DNA from: Eledone cirrhosa
Taxonomy: Eukaryota
NCBI GenBank assembly: GCA_964016885.1
Contig: OZ024743.1
Span: 12,834,001 to 12,898,000 of the forward strand
Direction of reading: 5' to 3'
Length of the DNA stretch: 64,000 nucleotides
The notes under the pieces were generated by a model that was given only the letters and a program-made list of their open reading frames with translations, did no database searches and was not told where the DNA came from. The translations under genes were made by a program, and so were the position numbers. Of this stretch, positions 61,501-64,000 are shown one piece after another. Within the stretch, counting starts at the first letter, position 1, and every line of letters begins with the position of its first letter.

Positions 61501-64000
61501 CTGCTGTTGTGTATGGTATTGTATGGTGTTGTTGCTGCTGTTGTGTATGGTGTCGTATGGTGTTGTTGCTGCTGTTGTGTATGGTGTTGTTGCTGCTGTC
61601 GTGTATGGTGTTGTATGGTGTTGTTGCTGTTGTGTATCGTCTTGTATGGTGTTGTTGCTGCTGTTGTGTATGGTGTTGTATGGTGCTGTTGCCGTTGTGT
61701 ATGTTGTGTATGGTGTTGCTGCCGTTGTGTATGTTGTGTATGGTGTTGTTGCTGCCGTTGTGTATGTTGTGTATGGTGTTGCTGCCGTTGTGTATGTTGT
61801 GAATGGTGTTGCTGCCGTTGTGTATGTTGTGTATGGCATTGTTGCTGTTGTGTATGTTGTGTATGGTGTTGCTGCCGTTGTGTATGTTGTGTATGGTGTT
61901 GTTGCTGTTGTGTATGTTGTGTATGGTGTTGTTGCTGCTGTTGTGTATGGTGTTGCTGCTGTTGTGTATGTTGTGTATGGTGTTGTTGCTGCTGTTGTGT
62001 ATGGTGTTGCTGCCGTTGTGTATGTTGTGTCTGGTGTTGTTGCTGCCGTTGTGTATGTTGTGTATGGTGTTGCTGCCGTTGTGTATGTTGTGTATGGTGT
62101 TGCTGGCGTTGTGTATGTTGTGTATGGTGTTGCTGCCGTTGTGTATGTTGTGTATGGTGTTGCTGCCGTTGTGTATGTTGTGTATGGTGTTGCTGCTGTT
62201 GTGTATGTTGTGTATGGTGTTGCTGCCGTTGTGTATATTGTGTATGGTGTTGCTGCTGTTGTGTATGTTGTGTATGGTGTTGCTGCTGTGTGTATGTTGT
62301 GTATGGTGTTGTTGCTGTTGTGTATGTTGTGTATGGTGTTGTTGCTGCTGTTGTGTATGGTGTTGCTGCCGTTGTGTATGTTGTGTATGGTGTTGTTGCT
62401 GCCGTTGTGTATGTTGTGTATGGTGTTGCTGCCGTTGTATATGTTGTGTATGGTGTTGCTGCTGTTGTGTATGTTGTGTATGGTGTTGCTGCAGTTGTGT
62501 ATGTTGTGTATGGTGTTGCTGCCGTTGTGTATGTTGTGTATGGTCTTGCTGCCGTTGTGTATGTTGTATATGGTCTTGCTGCCGTTGTGTATGTTGTGTA
62601 TGGTGTTGCTGCTGTTGTGTATGTTGTGTATGGTGTTGTTGCTGCCGTTGTGTATGTTGTGTATGGTGTTGCTGCTGTTGTGTATGTTGTGTATGGTGTT
62701 GCTGCTGTTGTGAATGTTGTGTATGGTGTTGCTGCCGTTGTGTATGTTGTGTATGGAGTTGTTGCTGCTGTTGTGTATGATGTGTATGGTGTTGCTGCCG
62801 TTGTGTATGTTGTGTATGTTGTTGTTGCTGTTGTGTATGTTGTGTATGGTGTTGCTGCTGTTGTGTACGTTGTGTATGGTGTTGCTGCCGTTGTGTATGT
62901 TGTGTATGGTGTTGCTGCTGTTGTGTATGTTGTGTATGGCGTTGCTGCTGTTGTGAATGTTGTGTATGGTGTTGTTGCTGTTGTGTATGTTGTGTATGGT
63001 GTTGCTGCTGTTGTGTACGTTGTGTATGGTGTTGCTGCTGTTGTGTATGTTGTGTATGGCGTTGCTGCTGTTGTGTACGTTGTGTATGGTGTTGCTGCTG
63101 TTGTGTATGTTGTGTATGGCGTTGCTGCTGTTGTGAATGTTGTGTATGGTGTTGTTGCTGTTGTGTATGTTGTGTATGGTGTTGCTGCCGTTGTGTATGT
63201 TGTGTATGGTGTTGCTGCTGTTGTGTACGTTGTGTATGGTGTTGCTGCTGTTGTGTATGTTGTGTATGGCGTTGCTGCTGTTGTGAATGTTGTGTATGGT
63301 GTTGTTGCTGTTGTGTATGTTGTGTATGGTGTTGCTGCCGTTGTGTATGTTGTGTATGGTGTTGCTGCTGTTGTGTACGTTGTGTATGGTGTTGCTGCCG
63401 TTGTGTATGTTGTGTATGGTGTTGCTGCTGTTGTGTATGTTGTGTATGGCGTTGCTGCCGTTGTGTATGTTGTGTATGGTGTTGCTGCTGTTGTGTATGT
63501 TGTGTATGGTGTTGTTGCTGCCGTTGTGTATGTTGTGTATGGTGTTGCTGCTGTTGTGAATGTTGTGTATGGTGTTGCTGCCGTTGTGTATGTTGTGTAT
63601 GGTGTTGCTGCCGTTGTGTATGTTGTGTATGGTGTTGCTGCTGTTGTGTATGTTGTGTATGGTGTGGCTGCCGTTGTGTATGTTGTGTATGGTGTTGCTG
63701 CTGTGTGTATGTTGTGTATGGTGTTGTTGCTGCTGTTGTGTATGGTGTTGTATGGTGTTGTTGCTGCTGTTGTGTATGGTGTTGTATGGTGTTGTTGCAG
63801 CTGTTGTGTATGGTGTTGTATGGTGCTGTTGCTGCTGTTGTGTATGGTGATGTTTCTGCTGTTGTGTATGGTGTTGTATGGTGTTGCTGCTGTTGTGTAT
63901 GGTATTGTATGGTGTTGTTGCTGCTGTTGTGTATGGTGTCGTATGGTGTTGTTGCTGCTGTTGTGTATGGTGTTGTTGCTGCTGTCGTGTATGGTGTTGT
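49600..64000. repeat. giant minisatellite, 30-bp core GTTGTGTATGTTGTGTATGGTGTTGCTGC(C/T/A), running off the window end
   Basis: Hundreds of units with 21-, 29- and 33-bp variants and 10-bp-insertion variants, extreme G+T strand bias, and a degenerate lead-in from ~49430. Confidence 0.97.

Noticed and set aside
49472-63850. Plus-strand VVYG-, MLCMV- and CCVW-rich ORFs (metallothionein-like or membrane-protein-like)
   Set aside because: Shadow frames of the minisatellite; their composition follows entirely from the 30-bp unit.
49600-64000. CRISPR array or telomeric repeat
   Set aside because: No unique spacers or cas genes, the context is eukaryotic, and the unit is not TTAGGG-like.

Overview
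AT-rich eukaryotic, gene-poor DNA made almost entirely of transposable elements and simple repeats. The SINE families and microsatellite density suggest an invertebrate, probably a cephalopod such as Octopus (inference). I could not support any host protein-coding exon. Main contents: (1) two near-identical R4/Dong-type (RT + restriction-like endonuclease) LINEs inserted in (CATA)n tracts, plus an older Dong relic; (2) a full-length but lesioned Tx1/L1-type LINE bounded by (TATC)n, with a diverged second copy of its 3' ~1.9 kb; (3) two decayed Penelope-like elements, one interrupted by a non-autonomous Helitron; (4) RTE fragments and non-autonomous RTE derivatives; (5) many tRNA-type SINEs and several MITEs; (6) a >14 kb array of a 30-bp minisatellite with a 2554-bp higher-order duplication, whose minus-strand unit is stop-free in all three frames. 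The most notable unannotated signal is a set of type I hammerhead-ribozyme motifs (CUGAnGA...GAAA...NUH with complementary stems). Two of them sit in perfect fold-back palindromes next to (TA)n, one carrying two back-to-back ribozymes. There is also a candidate HDV-like ribozyme at the 5' end of a non-autonomous RTE element. All identity estimates and RNA folds were made by eye.
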